Of a DNA stretch of 64,000 nt, positions 28,549 through 37,517 are shown in pieces; the first letter of the stretch is position 1, and every line of letters begins with the position of its first letter. A program made the translations under genes and the position numbers. Origin of the DNA: Pseudomonadota bacterium (GTDB lineage Bacteria; Pseudomonadota; Gammaproteobacteria; Burkholderiales; Thiobacteraceae); assembly GCA_038042985.1 (NCBI GenBank), contig JBBTCZ010000042.1:6856-70855 (forward strand). The letters run 5' to 3'. The notes beneath the pieces were generated by a model. That model had not been told where the DNA came from, made no database searches, and was given only the letters and a program-made list of their open reading frames with translations.

Positions 28549-29734
28549 CGCTTCACTTTTTTCGCCTGCCATGATCGCGGTGTTGGTGGCGCAGTTTCTG
28601 TCCGCCGCTGCGGATAACGCGCTCTTGTTCGCCGCCATCGGCCTGATCAAAGCCAACGGCTTTCCCGATTATTTCGAGTCCATGCTGCAAGAGTTTTTTG
28701 CGGGCGCCTTTATTCTGCTTGCGCCCTTCGTCGGCCCGTTTGCCGATGCCTATGCCAAAGGCCGCGTGATGCTGGTGGCGAATGCAGTCAAGTTGCTTGG
28801 CGCTTGTGCGATGTTGTTCGGACTGCATCCGCTGCTGGCCTATGGCATCGTGGGCTTGGGCGCGGCGGCTTATTCGCCGGCAAAATACGGCATTTTGAGT
28901 GAGCTGGTGACGCCGGATAAATTGGTGAAAGCCAATGGCTTGATGGAGGGCTCCACCATTGTGGCGATTCTCTTGGGCGCGCTATTGGGTGGCTGGTTGT
29001 CGGACGTGTCGGTGAATTGGGCCTTGGGTGTCGTGGCGGGACTGTATATCGCAGCCGCCCTCGCCAATTTGCGTATTCCCAAATTACCCGCCGCGCATCC
29101 GGTGGAATCGTTCAACTTGCTGGTGCTGGTGCGCGATTTTTGGATTGCGCTCAAGCAACTCTACCGCCATCCCGAAACCCGCTTTACGCTGCTGGGCACC
29201 AGCTTGTTTTGGGGCGCCGGCAGCACCTTGCGCTTCATGCTGGTGGCGTGGGTGCCGGTGGCGCTGTTGATCGACAACAACCACACCCCCGCCAATTTGA
29301 ATGGCGTGGTGGCGATCGGCATCGCCGTGGGCGCGGCGCTGGCGGCGCGTTGGGTCAACCTGAAAACGGTGAATCGCGCGCTGATCGGGGGCTTGCTGCT
29401 GGGTGTGGGCGTGTGGATATTCGCCCATGCCACGCACTTGTATGTCGCCATCGGGCTGCTGGTGTTGATCGGTGCCTGCGGCGGGTTTTTTGTGGTGCCC
29501 TTGAATGCCTTGTTGCAAGAACGCGGTCACGCAACCGTCGGCGCCGGGCACGCCATCGCGGTACAGAATTTCAGTGAAGGCATCGCCATGTTGACCTTGG
29601 TCGGCGCATTCACTGCCGCGCGTAAAGCCGAGTGGCCGGTGATTCCCATGGCCGAAGGCTTTGGCCTAGCGATTATCGGATTCATGGTATTGCTCACGCT
29701 CTTGCGTCTCACGCGCTGGAAATCACCCACCTAA
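28526..29734 (+). CDS. lplT: Lysophospholipid transporter LplT (MFS)
   Basis: Strong resemblance to E. coli LplT: VAQFLSA..DNALLFA, ILFAPFVG..AD...KGRVM, GAAAYSPAKYGIL.EL, KLVKANGLME. The start at 28526 overlaps the upstream gene (alternative ATG at 28571). Confidence 0.85.
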   Translation: MSSPQPPNASLFSPAMIAVLVAQFLSAAADNALLFAAIGLIKANGFPDYFESMLQEFFAGAFILLAPFVGPFADAYAKGRVMLVANAVKLLGACAMLFGLHPLLAYGIVGLGAAAYSPAKYGILSELVTPDKLVKANGLMEGSTIVAILLGALLGGWLSDVSVNWALGVVAGLYIAAALANLRIPKLPAAHPVESFNLLVLVRDFWIALKQLYRHPETRFTLLGTSLFWGAGSTLRFMLVAWVPVALLIDNNHTPANLNGVVAIGIAVGAALAARWVNLKTVNRALIGGLLLGVGVWIFAHATHLYVAIGLLVLIGACGGFFVVPLNALLQERGHATVGAGHAIAVQNFSEGIAMLTLVGAFTAARKAEWPVIPMAEGFGLAIIGFMVLLTLLRLTRWKSPT

Positions 29735-29836
29735 ACGCGGCGGCAAGGCTCGGATTCGAGCTTCCCTGGCCCCACTTCCTCAATTTCCGGCTATTTTGGG
29801 CGATAAACAAGCTACTGGTTCATTTCTGGAGCGTTT

Positions 29837-31501
29837 GTGTTCGCACTTAAGCCGCGTTTTTGCTTTACCACCGATGGCCTCCGAGATTGGTTCGGCCAAC
29901 GGCTGCGGCACGCTCCTCTCCCAATGACCGTGGAGGAGGCCGAGACATGGTGCGCCGAGTTGCCGGCGCATGACGCCTATGCCGCGTTGCACGCTATCGC
30001 GGCGATGCTGGATTCCTTGACCGGCGCTAAGAATCTGCCTGGGTCCAATCGCGTAGCGGTAGCACGCGTGATCGACCGCGCTGCCGCACCCTTCGCGGCG
30101 AAACTGTATGCCGACTATTTAGCGCTGTTGCGTGGCCAAGCCACGCAGGAAGCGCGCTTGTGGCTTGCGCTGGCCGGCTATTGGCGCAGTGTGGAACAAG
30201 TGTATGCAAGCCTTGCTTGTGAATTGTACGAGCCCGAGCCAGGTGCAGGCAGCGAATGGCTGGCGCTGATCGGCCATGCACTGACCGCTTTAAGCGAACA
30301 GGCCAAGCTGGCGCGCCTGCGTTATTGCGCAGTAGATGCGCGTATCTGGCGCGAGTTGGGGCGATTAATTGCGGTAGCCGAAACGGCGCAAGCAGGTGTG
30401 CCGAACTCGGTGATGCAGGCGTGGGCGCGCTTATTCATGCGAGAGATGGCTTCGCCGCAGAATTTGTTGCCGCGCGAAATCGAGATCGTGGATAGGCTGG
30501 CGATGCACTATGCCGCGCAATTTGTGTGTCAACGCAAGGCCTCGCCTGAGGCCGGATATTACTTCGATCTCACTGCTGGCCAAGCGCCGTCACGGCGCAT
30601 TCCTTCAGGCCAACTCACTGGACACAGCCGTTTCTTCAGTGCGGGTGAGACTTATCGCCAAGCCGAGTTGGACGCGCACACCATCGAACAGCAGGGCGCC
30701 TTGGATGCGTTTCCGGCCTTGGTGCATTTCGCACCGGAGGAGGTGGTGCGGATGCTGCGCCATGTAGCGCGATTGTGGTCGCCGACGCCCCCGGCGCGCG
30801 GGCAAGACCGGAGCGAGGTACTAAGTCGGGTCATGTTCGTTTTTGATTTGAATGAAATTCGTCGAAAAGTCGACAAGGGTGACAGTATCGCAATGGCGAT
30901 CGCATCGGGTAATCGGGATAGCTTGGAGCAGACCGACCTCAAGCGTTATGGCTTCGTTACCGAACGTACCCGGCAGCAGGTAGTCGAGGCTGACGATACC
31001 CTGCCGGCCAAAGATGACGCGTTAACGGAGAGTTGGGTGGTGCGTGATGAGAGCGGCGGTGGCTTCGGCGCCGATGTGCCGAGCCACACGGCGGATTGGC
31101 TGTGCGCCGGCAAGCTCATCGGATTCAAACGCGAAGGTGGGGAACAGTGGGGCGTGGGCGTGATACGGCGGGTGGAGTTCGATTCGCATCAGAATGGCCG
31201 CGTCGGCATTCAAATACTGAGCGAGCAGCCACGCACGGTGCGGCTGCGCCCCCTGTGCGCAGCGCAGCTTGCCGGATGGGACAAACACCAGGAAGCGCCG
31301 AGCTACGAGTACCGCAACGGTATTCTGCTGAGCTTGCCGCAAGGCCGGGATATCGGTGTGCTATTGCTGCCGTTCGGTACTTATAGCCAGGAACAGCATT
31401 TCGAATGGGTCCACGGCGCGTCGAGTGATCTGATGGCGGTGACAAGTCACGCGATGCATGCCGATGAGTTTGATTTGCTGATGTTTCGCTTGGTGGCATG
31501 A
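29837..31501 (+). CDS. Paralog 1 of a ~550-aa family with a C-terminal PilZ-like beta-barrel signature (most divergent copy)
   Basis: 554 aa (GTG start; alternative ATG at 29924). Motifs RGQDR ... DESGGG (DxSxxG) ... GKLIGFK..G..WGVGVIRR are shared with the 31548 and 34091 ORFs. Confidence 0.7.
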   Translation: MFALKPRFCFTTDGLRDWFGQRLRHAPLPMTVEEAETWCAELPAHDAYAALHAIAAMLDSLTGAKNLPGSNRVAVARVIDRAAAPFAAKLYADYLALLRGQATQEARLWLALAGYWRSVEQVYASLACELYEPEPGAGSEWLALIGHALTALSEQAKLARLRYCAVDARIWRELGRLIAVAETAQAGVPNSVMQAWARLFMREMASPQNLLPREIEIVDRLAMHYAAQFVCQRKASPEAGYYFDLTAGQAPSRRIPSGQLTGHSRFFSAGETYRQAELDAHTIEQQGALDAFPALVHFAPEEVVRMLRHVARLWSPTPPARGQDRSEVLSRVMFVFDLNEIRRKVDKGDSIAMAIASGNRDSLEQTDLKRYGFVTERTRQQVVEADDTLPAKDDALTESWVVRDESGGGFGADVPSHTADWLCAGKLIGFKREGGEQWGVGVIRRVEFDSHQNGRVGIQILSEQPRTVRLRPLCAAQLAGWDKHQEAPSYEYRNGILLSLPQGRDIGVLLLPFGTYSQEQHFEWVHGASSDLMAVTSHAMHADEFDLLMFRLVA

Positions 31502-31547
31502 AATCTGCTTTTGTTAGGGCAAATACGTAGATCGCTTTTAGGCAACC

Positions 31548-33263
31548 ATGTTGAAATTCCTCGCTACCATCGGGCGCAAGCCCATTCCGCCGCTCACGAA
31601 TTTGCACTCCATCACACGCTGGATGGAAGAATTGCCCATGGGCGATGCCGTCGAGACGATCGAAGCGGTAGTAAAGCAGATCAAGGAATACTGTGATCAG
31701 GGGTTGCCAACCACGAAAGAGCGCTTGGCTGTGCTCACCGCGCTGGATCAAGGCGCGCAGGAAGCGCTGGAAACGTTGCGCGATCAATATCTGCAAAATC
31801 CCCGCATGTCGCGCATGATGGAAAGCCGGCTGTGGAATACGGTGCTGGTGTATTACCAGGAAATTTTGCGCGCCTACCATGGCCACCTGATGGAATATAT
31901 CGGCAACCCGACGGGTAGCCGCATCGGACCATCGATCCCGCTATTGACCGCGCGCGCGGTAAATTATTTCGCCTTGGATGCAAAATGGAGTTATTACCGC
32001 TACACCCAGGCCAATCCAAAATTATGGAAACGGCTGCACAATCTGTATCACTTCGCAGAGTACGAAGAGTTCGAGCGTCAACCGCTGAAACTCTATGCGG
32101 AGGGGCTGGAAACCTCCGTCGCCGATCTCTATTTGCAAGCGCTGATGCTGGAAACGCTAAATACCGGCAGCCTGGCGCCGCGTCAGTTGTCTCTGATCGA
32201 GCGCTGGTTGCCGATGTTAATTAAAGATATCCACATAGATCGCGAGTTCAAGCCGACGCAACATACGTTCTATCTCGACTTGAATGAAAACCGCGGGGCG
32301 CATCGGGTGCGCCGGGTCGTGCCGCAGGAAAATCTGCGCTATTGGGATACCTACGGTTTGAAGGAAAAGCTCGATCATCTGCGCGACCAACTCACGGCAG
32401 GGGCGCTGCCAGTCAGGCTGGGGTTAACCGAAGATTGCAAGCTGCCGACTTGCCTGGAATTACTGGAACGCATCGCCTATTTTTGGTCGCCCACCGGGGT
32501 CAAGCGCGTGCAGCGCGCATTCGAGCGCAAGAACGCCATGCAGTCCATCGAAGTCGTGCGCGGCCTAAACGATATCAGCCTGAATGTGCGCGCTGACAAC
32601 GCGCGCGTAGTAAGTTCAGTGAACACATCTGGTACGGGCGATATCAGCTATGCAGAAATGTTGGACGTGCGTCTCTATGGTTTTGTCACCCAACGTACAC
32701 AGAGCAGCCAAGGCAAGGACGAAAAAATAGAACATGTCATCGCGCACGAGCGCTGGGTGATGGAGAATGAAAGCGAAGGCGGTTACGGCGCGAACATCAA
32801 CGATCAAGCCGACGATTGGGTGCGGCTCGGCAAATTGGTCGGGTTGAAACCGGAGAAAAAAGGTCACTGGAATGTGGGCGTGATCCGTCGCATGCGGCGC
32901 ATCAGCCCTCATCAGCAGTATGTAGGCATCGAAGTGATTGCTGAACGACCAACCGCGCTGCTGTTGCGCGCGGACAAATCTGAAAACCGGCCGCTGAGCA
33001 TCGAGGGTATCGATGCGGTCGGCTTTGTGATGCCGATCCCCACGCTCTACCTCAAGGCGGCGCAAGCCGATCAACCGGGGAATCAAGTGGATTCGTTGAT
33101 ATTGCAAAGCGCGGAATACGCCAAGGGGCGCGAGCTTTGGTTCAATGCGAAGGGCTTTACCTATCACATCCGTTTGAAACAAGCTGTGGAGCGCGGCGAC
33201 GACTGGCTGCGCGCCTCGTTCGACGTGCTGGCGAAAACCGCAGCTAAGCAGCCAGCACCATAG
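31548..33263 (+). CDS. Paralog 2 of the PilZ-like family
   Basis: 571 aa; RAFER ... NESEGG (NxSxxG) ... GKLVGLKPEKKGHWNVGVIRR. The N-terminal helical region aligns with paralog 3 (LLTARA..YFA..AKW.Y.RY, LP.RLGL.EDC.LP.CLEL). Confidence 0.8.
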   Translation: MLKFLATIGRKPIPPLTNLHSITRWMEELPMGDAVETIEAVVKQIKEYCDQGLPTTKERLAVLTALDQGAQEALETLRDQYLQNPRMSRMMESRLWNTVLVYYQEILRAYHGHLMEYIGNPTGSRIGPSIPLLTARAVNYFALDAKWSYYRYTQANPKLWKRLHNLYHFAEYEEFERQPLKLYAEGLETSVADLYLQALMLETLNTGSLAPRQLSLIERWLPMLIKDIHIDREFKPTQHTFYLDLNENRGAHRVRRVVPQENLRYWDTYGLKEKLDHLRDQLTAGALPVRLGLTEDCKLPTCLELLERIAYFWSPTGVKRVQRAFERKNAMQSIEVVRGLNDISLNVRADNARVVSSVNTSGTGDISYAEMLDVRLYGFVTQRTQSSQGKDEKIEHVIAHERWVMENESEGGYGANINDQADDWVRLGKLVGLKPEKKGHWNVGVIRRMRRISPHQQYVGIEVIAERPTALLLRADKSENRPLSIEGIDAVGFVMPIPTLYLKAAQADQPGNQVDSLILQSAEYAKGRELWFNAKGFTYHIRLKQAVERGDDWLRASFDVLAKTAAKQPAP

Positions 33264-33915
33264 CCAGCCAATTCCCGATATCCCCCACTTCCTGCGCACA
33301 TACCGTGTGCGGCATCGCATATTCGCGCCATTCCACCCGGTAGCCGAGTTGGGTCAAGATTGCACGCGAGCCATCAGCGAGCGCATAGGGCACGATGTCA
33401 TCTGCAGTGCCATGTGCCATGAAGATCGGCAATGTACGATTGACGGTGCTGGCCTCTGCCGCTAAGCAGTCTTTCAAACCCAAGTACGAAGACAGAATCA
33501 ACGCGCCGGCGAGCGGCTGGGGATAACGCAGCGCGCCATTCAAGGCGATATTACCGCCTTGGGAGAAGCCGGCGAGCACGATGCGCTGGGAAATAACACC
33601 GCGTTGCAGCTCACGTTCGATCAAGCGATCAAGATAAGCCATGGATGTACGGATGCCGGCTTCATCCTCGGGTGCATCTGCATACAAACCGATGATGTCA
33701 TACCAACTGGGCATGACATAGCCGCCATTCAAGGTGACGGGCTGCTCAGCGGCATGCGGAAAGATAAAGCGCGTCGGCGGTAGATGGGCCAGCGCCAACT
33801 CATCGACGATGGGCAAAAAATCAAAACCATTCGCGCCCAAGCCGTGCAGCCAGATGACGCTGGCGTCAGGCGAGGTGCCGGTTTCGACTTCGAGCGGTGC
33901 GCGGTAGGAGAGCAT
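33244..33915 (-). CDS. Alpha/beta-hydrolase, phospholipase/carboxylesterase family
   Basis: 223 aa; nucleophile elbow GFSQGG, plus WLHGLGA and MAHGT.D segments typical of carboxylesterase II / YpfH-type enzymes. Its 3' end overlaps paralog 2 by 20 nt (convergent). Confidence 0.8.
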   Translation of the reverse strand: MLSYRAPLEVETGTSPDASVIWLHGLGANGFDFLPIVDELALAHLPPTRFIFPHAAEQPVTLNGGYVMPSWYDIIGLYADAPEDEAGIRTSMAYLDRLIERELQRGVISQRIVLAGFSQGGNIALNGALRYPQPLAGALILSSYLGLKDCLAAEASTVNRTLPIFMAHGTADDIVPYALADGSRAILTQLGYRVEWREYAMPHTVCAQEVGDIGNWLAMVLAA

Positions 33916-33943
33916 TTGAGTGTCGTTTGAAGCAAAAAACTAC

Positions 33944-34076
33944 TTAACCACGGGGGGCACGGGGCACACGGGGAACCCCAAAACCTTTTGCGTTTGAATT
34001 TGTTTGCCCATGGAATGCAAAGGTTCGAGCTGGTGCCTGATTGGTTTCCCCGTGAACCCCGTGCCCCCCGTGGTAA
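33944..34076. repeat. CACGGGG-family REP-like inverted doublet with an internal hairpin
   Basis: Left TTAACCACGGGGGGCACGGGGCACACGGGGAACC. Right TTTCCCCGTGAACCCCGTGCCCCCCGTGGTAA. The spacer contains CCTTTTGC...GCAAAGG. Confidence 0.8.
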
Positions 34077-34090
34077 ATGGTTTTTAGAGT

Positions 34091-35722
34091 TCAGTGATGC
34101 CGCGCGAGGACGTCGAACGGCACGCGGCTATAGTCTTCTGCTTCTTCTAGCGCGTTTTGCAGACGGATGGTGTAAGCCTTGCCTTGTGCCTTGAGTTGCA
34201 GCAGACGGCCCGGCTCATAGTCCTGGCGTGCGAGGAGCAGGCTGCGTGCCACTTGGGCTTGCGGCATTTCCAACAAATACACTGCGCTCGCCCGCTGTGC
34301 GCGGCTGTCGCCATCGGAAAGGGAATTCAATTCGACCGGAATCGGCGACTGGCTTAAGGTTTCAATACCGACGTAGGTTTTGCTCGTTGGGTTCTTGTTG
34401 ATGCGGCGGATGACGCCGATCAGAAAATGGCGGCTGCTTTCCGGCTTGAGCCCGATCAGCGAACCGATTTTGAGGCCCTTGTGACCGCTCGGGTTGAAGG
34501 TGACGCCGTAGCCGGATGCGCTTTCGTTTTCCATGATCCATTGTTCCAGCGCGGGCTCAAATAGATCATTGTTGCCCTGCGTATTCATATCCATCGGCGA
34601 ACCGCCGACGGTATAGCCCATGACTTGGTAGCCGATCATTTCACCCTTGGGCTTGCGTTGAATTTTTGCACCCGGTTTGAGCTGGGACAGGATGTCGCCT
34701 AAGCCTTGCACGACATGTACGACTTTGACGTTTGGCTTACGCTCATGTTTGCGCTGCACATCTTTCTTTGCCCAGCGGTTTTTCACCAACTCAATCAATT
34801 CGAGGCATAGCGGCAAGCGACAATCCTCGCCCAAGCCTAAGCGCGCTGGTAATTCGCCGCCTTTCAAGTGTTCGATGGTCTTTTCGATGGTCACCAGCAG
34901 CAGGCCGACACCCCAGTAGCGGTATTTTTCGCCCAGCATATTGCGGCGCAGGGAGCGCGCCGGCTTGGTATCGCCGAGGTTCACCGCATACAACTGACGA
35001 TGCGGGCGGAATTCCATTTCCAGGCTGACGCTCTTGGCCCAGGTATCGAGCCAACCATCCACTTGATTGATTTGTTGCGGCTGCAAGCTCTCCGGATTGG
35101 CGAGCATGAGCATCATGGGTTGCAGGTATTCAGATAGGCAGGAGGTTTCGTCGCTGCTGTCTGGAAATAACTTAACCGGTGTTTTCTCGAAATTCTCACG
35201 CTCGGCGAAGAGATAAAGCCGGTGCAGGTTGCGCCACACCGCGCCTTCAACCGGCATATAGCGTAGATACGCCCATTTGGCTTGCATCGCGAAGTGATAC
35301 AGGGCGCGCGCGGTGAGAACGTGGATGGTCGGCCACAATTTAGCGCTGGGGTCTTGGGCGAAGCTGCGGATGCAGATTTGATAGGCCACGGCCATTTCAT
35401 CCCAGAACGCCAGAATCGTATGCAGATAGGCGCGCTCGGGGGCTTTCTCGTCTTCCATCGTGACTAGATAGTCGTGGCACAGATTGTCTTGCAGTGCGCG
35501 CGCCTTCTCATTCAGGTACATGCAGACCCGAATCCGCTCCTTGAGCGGCATTTTTTTGTTTTCGTTGATGCTGGAGAGCGCGCGCACAATTTCAATTTGC
35601 GCATTGTGGATATCCGCGAGCGGCAGCTCTTGAACCCAAATGGTGGCCGATTTTAAATCGCCTACCGGGTCATCGGATTTTTTGCGCAAGATCGCGTTGA
35701 TGAGCCCGCTAAAGTCGAACAT
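34091..35722 (-). CDS. Paralog 3 of the PilZ-like family
   Basis: 543 aa; RKHER ... NESASG ... GSLIGLKPESSRHFLIGVIRR. Collinear with paralog 2 over the full length. Confidence 0.8.
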   Translation of the reverse strand: MFDFSGLINAILRKKSDDPVGDLKSATIWVQELPLADIHNAQIEIVRALSSINENKKMPLKERIRVCMYLNEKARALQDNLCHDYLVTMEDEKAPERAYLHTILAFWDEMAVAYQICIRSFAQDPSAKLWPTIHVLTARALYHFAMQAKWAYLRYMPVEGAVWRNLHRLYLFAERENFEKTPVKLFPDSSDETSCLSEYLQPMMLMLANPESLQPQQINQVDGWLDTWAKSVSLEMEFRPHRQLYAVNLGDTKPARSLRRNMLGEKYRYWGVGLLLVTIEKTIEHLKGGELPARLGLGEDCRLPLCLELIELVKNRWAKKDVQRKHERKPNVKVVHVVQGLGDILSQLKPGAKIQRKPKGEMIGYQVMGYTVGGSPMDMNTQGNNDLFEPALEQWIMENESASGYGVTFNPSGHKGLKIGSLIGLKPESSRHFLIGVIRRINKNPTSKTYVGIETLSQSPIPVELNSLSDGDSRAQRASAVYLLEMPQAQVARSLLLARQDYEPGRLLQLKAQGKAYTIRLQNALEEAEDYSRVPFDVLARHH

Positions 35723-35886
35723 GGTGGTACCAGGAGAATTATGAAAATAGCGTAATGTTGACGAATACTAAAGCAAGGGACGTACCCGGGCAAGCACGGG
35801 AGCAAGTCGGCCATGCCAATGGCTTGGATCGGCCTAGCTATGAACGAGGCAGCCGCAACGGCGACATACCACGCGGGGAAGGGGGG

Positions 35887-36696
35887 TTATTGGTGGTTTT
35901 CCAACAGGCGTTGGGCGATACCGATTTCGTCCGATTTGCTGAAAAAATAGGGATAGATCGATTTTTCGCCCTTGGCCGCCTCGGCTTGGCCGCCGAATTT
36001 ACGGATTTGCGCATCCATGTAAGCGGTCTCAACCCGCATCAGCACCGCCGGCGCGTTGACGCGCTCGCACTGGCGCTCTTCCCCGAGTTGCTGGAAGCCC
36101 AACATGCGCTCGTAGAACGCGACGTGACGCGGATTGACCTCGGCCAGAAGGTCGGTGCTGCCATTGAGATAGCGGGCGTGGATGTAGGCGATATGGAATA
36201 AGGAGGCCAGCACTTTGCGCGAGCGCACGTTAGAGTCCACCGCGAGCTTGGTCATCTCGCATATTATGCGGCCCGCTTTGCGCAAAGGGTCGATCCGGTC
36301 TTGGTACATGGCGTCGGCCGAGAGTCCTTCGGCTGCGTCGAGGCCCACCGTGAGGGTGCCGATCGTTTGCTCGGCGAAAAAAACCGAGAGGCATATTTTA
36401 TTGGGGGTGTGGGCTACTGGCGTGGCAGCCGTGGTGTAGCCGCGCCAAGAGTACATTTTGCGGATGAGAAGATTGGCGGATTGCGCGTGGTTCGCATCGC
36501 GAGTGAGCCGGATCTTGAATTTCTGCATGCCCATTTGCACGCTATTGAGCGCCTCGCCCAAGGGATCGGCGCACATGTGTTGCAGTCCGAGCCGTGCTTC
36601 GACCGACACAATGGTGTGCTGTCCGACGGTAGATTGCCGTTGCCGCCGCTCAGCGGGCTTGGCGAGAATACCTAACATTTCCGCCTCCTTATCCAT
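35887..36696 (-). CDS. GNAT-fold N-acyltransferase resembling FeeM-type long-chain N-acyl amino acid synthases
   Basis: 269 aa; segments LLIRKMYSWRGY, TIGTLTVGLD, E.TKLAVD...RS..VLASLFH.AY and EVNPRHV.FYERMLGF match my recollection of the FeeM/Acetyltransf_5 family. Not verified by search. Confidence 0.55.
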   Translation of the reverse strand: MDKEAEMLGILAKPAERRQRQSTVGQHTIVSVEARLGLQHMCADPLGEALNSVQMGMQKFKIRLTRDANHAQSANLLIRKMYSWRGYTTAATPVAHTPNKICLSVFFAEQTIGTLTVGLDAAEGLSADAMYQDRIDPLRKAGRIICEMTKLAVDSNVRSRKVLASLFHIAYIHARYLNGSTDLLAEVNPRHVAFYERMLGFQQLGEERQCERVNAPAVLMRVETAYMDAQIRKFGGQAEAAKGEKSIYPYFFSKSDEIGIAQRLLENHQ

Positions 36697-36782
36697 TTTT
36701 GCTTGCTAGGCCTTTACCCGACGCAAAGAATATGCCATTTGTCCGGACGATTCCCCAGACTTTAGCTTAGTTTTTGTTAATG

Positions 36783-36816
36783 TTGACAAAATTTCAGGTT
36801 CTCCTCAGTTTGTCAA
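36783..36816. promoter_or_regulatory. 8-18-8 inverted repeat upstream of the FeeM-like gene (possible operator/promoter)
   Basis: TTGACAAA (36783-36790) and TTTGTCAA (36809-36816). Each arm also reads as a TTGACA -35-like hexamer on one strand. Confidence 0.3.
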
Positions 36817-36876
36817 GCGCTAATCAAAGCGCATAACCGGCCACGGGGGTGACGGCCTGGGGCAATAATCCGGCAT

Positions 36877-37437
36877 CTATGTCCACTTTATGTCGGTTTT
36901 TTGCGCTGATTTTGGCCGAAATGCTTTCAGCACTTCGTCACGGGTTTCAATATATGGCCCACCCAGCAGGTCAATGCAGTAAGGCACCGCCGCGAATACC
37001 CCATCCAAAGTTTCCTTGATCGCCTTAGGCTGACCAGGTAAATTTAAAATCAAGCACTTACCACGTATTACCCCGACTTGGCGCGAGAGGATCGCCGTGG
37101 GAACATATTTCAAGCTCACCGCACGCATTTGCTCGCCGAAGCCATCCAATACACGTTCCGCGATGGCGAGGGTGGCATCCGGCGTGACATCGCGCGGTGC
37201 TGGACCCGTGCCGCCGGTGGTTAGGATCAGATTGCAGTGAATCACATCCACCAGGTCGATCAAAGTTTGCTCGATGAGCGGTCGTTCATCGGGGATGAGC
37301 CGCGTTTCGGCATGCCATGGGGATTGGATGGCGGCGGCGAGCCAATCTTTCAAGGCGGGTAGACCTTTATCTTCGTAGATACCCAGGCTGGCGCGATCGC
37401 TCACGCTGACCAAACCAACAATCAATTCCCGCATCAT
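36877..37437 (-). CDS. mogA: Molybdopterin adenylyltransferase MogA
   Basis: 186 aa; near-collinear with E. coli MogA (LVS.SDRAS.G.Y.DKG.PAL..WL, LTTGGTGPA.RDVTPDATLA, LPGQPK.IKETL). Confidence 0.9.
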   Translation of the reverse strand: MMRELIVGLVSVSDRASLGIYEDKGLPALKDWLAAAIQSPWHAETRLIPDERPLIEQTLIDLVDVIHCNLILTTGGTGPAPRDVTPDATLAIAERVLDGFGEQMRAVSLKYVPTAILSRQVGVIRGKCLILNLPGQPKAIKETLDGVFAAVPYCIDLLGGPYIETRDEVLKAFRPKSAQKTDIKWT

Positions 37438-37517
37438 AGGTGCCGTACCTTAAAACAGAGTAGGGGGGCGGCGCAATCGCAATTGCGTGAAAGATTCGTC
37501 ATATTACGGTCGAACGC

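Noticed and set aside
31125-31886. 253-aa minus-strand ORF bridging paralogs 1 and 2
   Set aside because: It overlaps two plus-strand ORFs that are supported by three-way paralogy. It has no motifs.
25009-36876. Genomic island integrated at tRNA-Thr
   Set aside because: There is no integrase, no transposase, and no direct repeat of the tRNA 3' end that I could find downstream. Several genes here (aas, lplT) are ordinary chromosomal functions.
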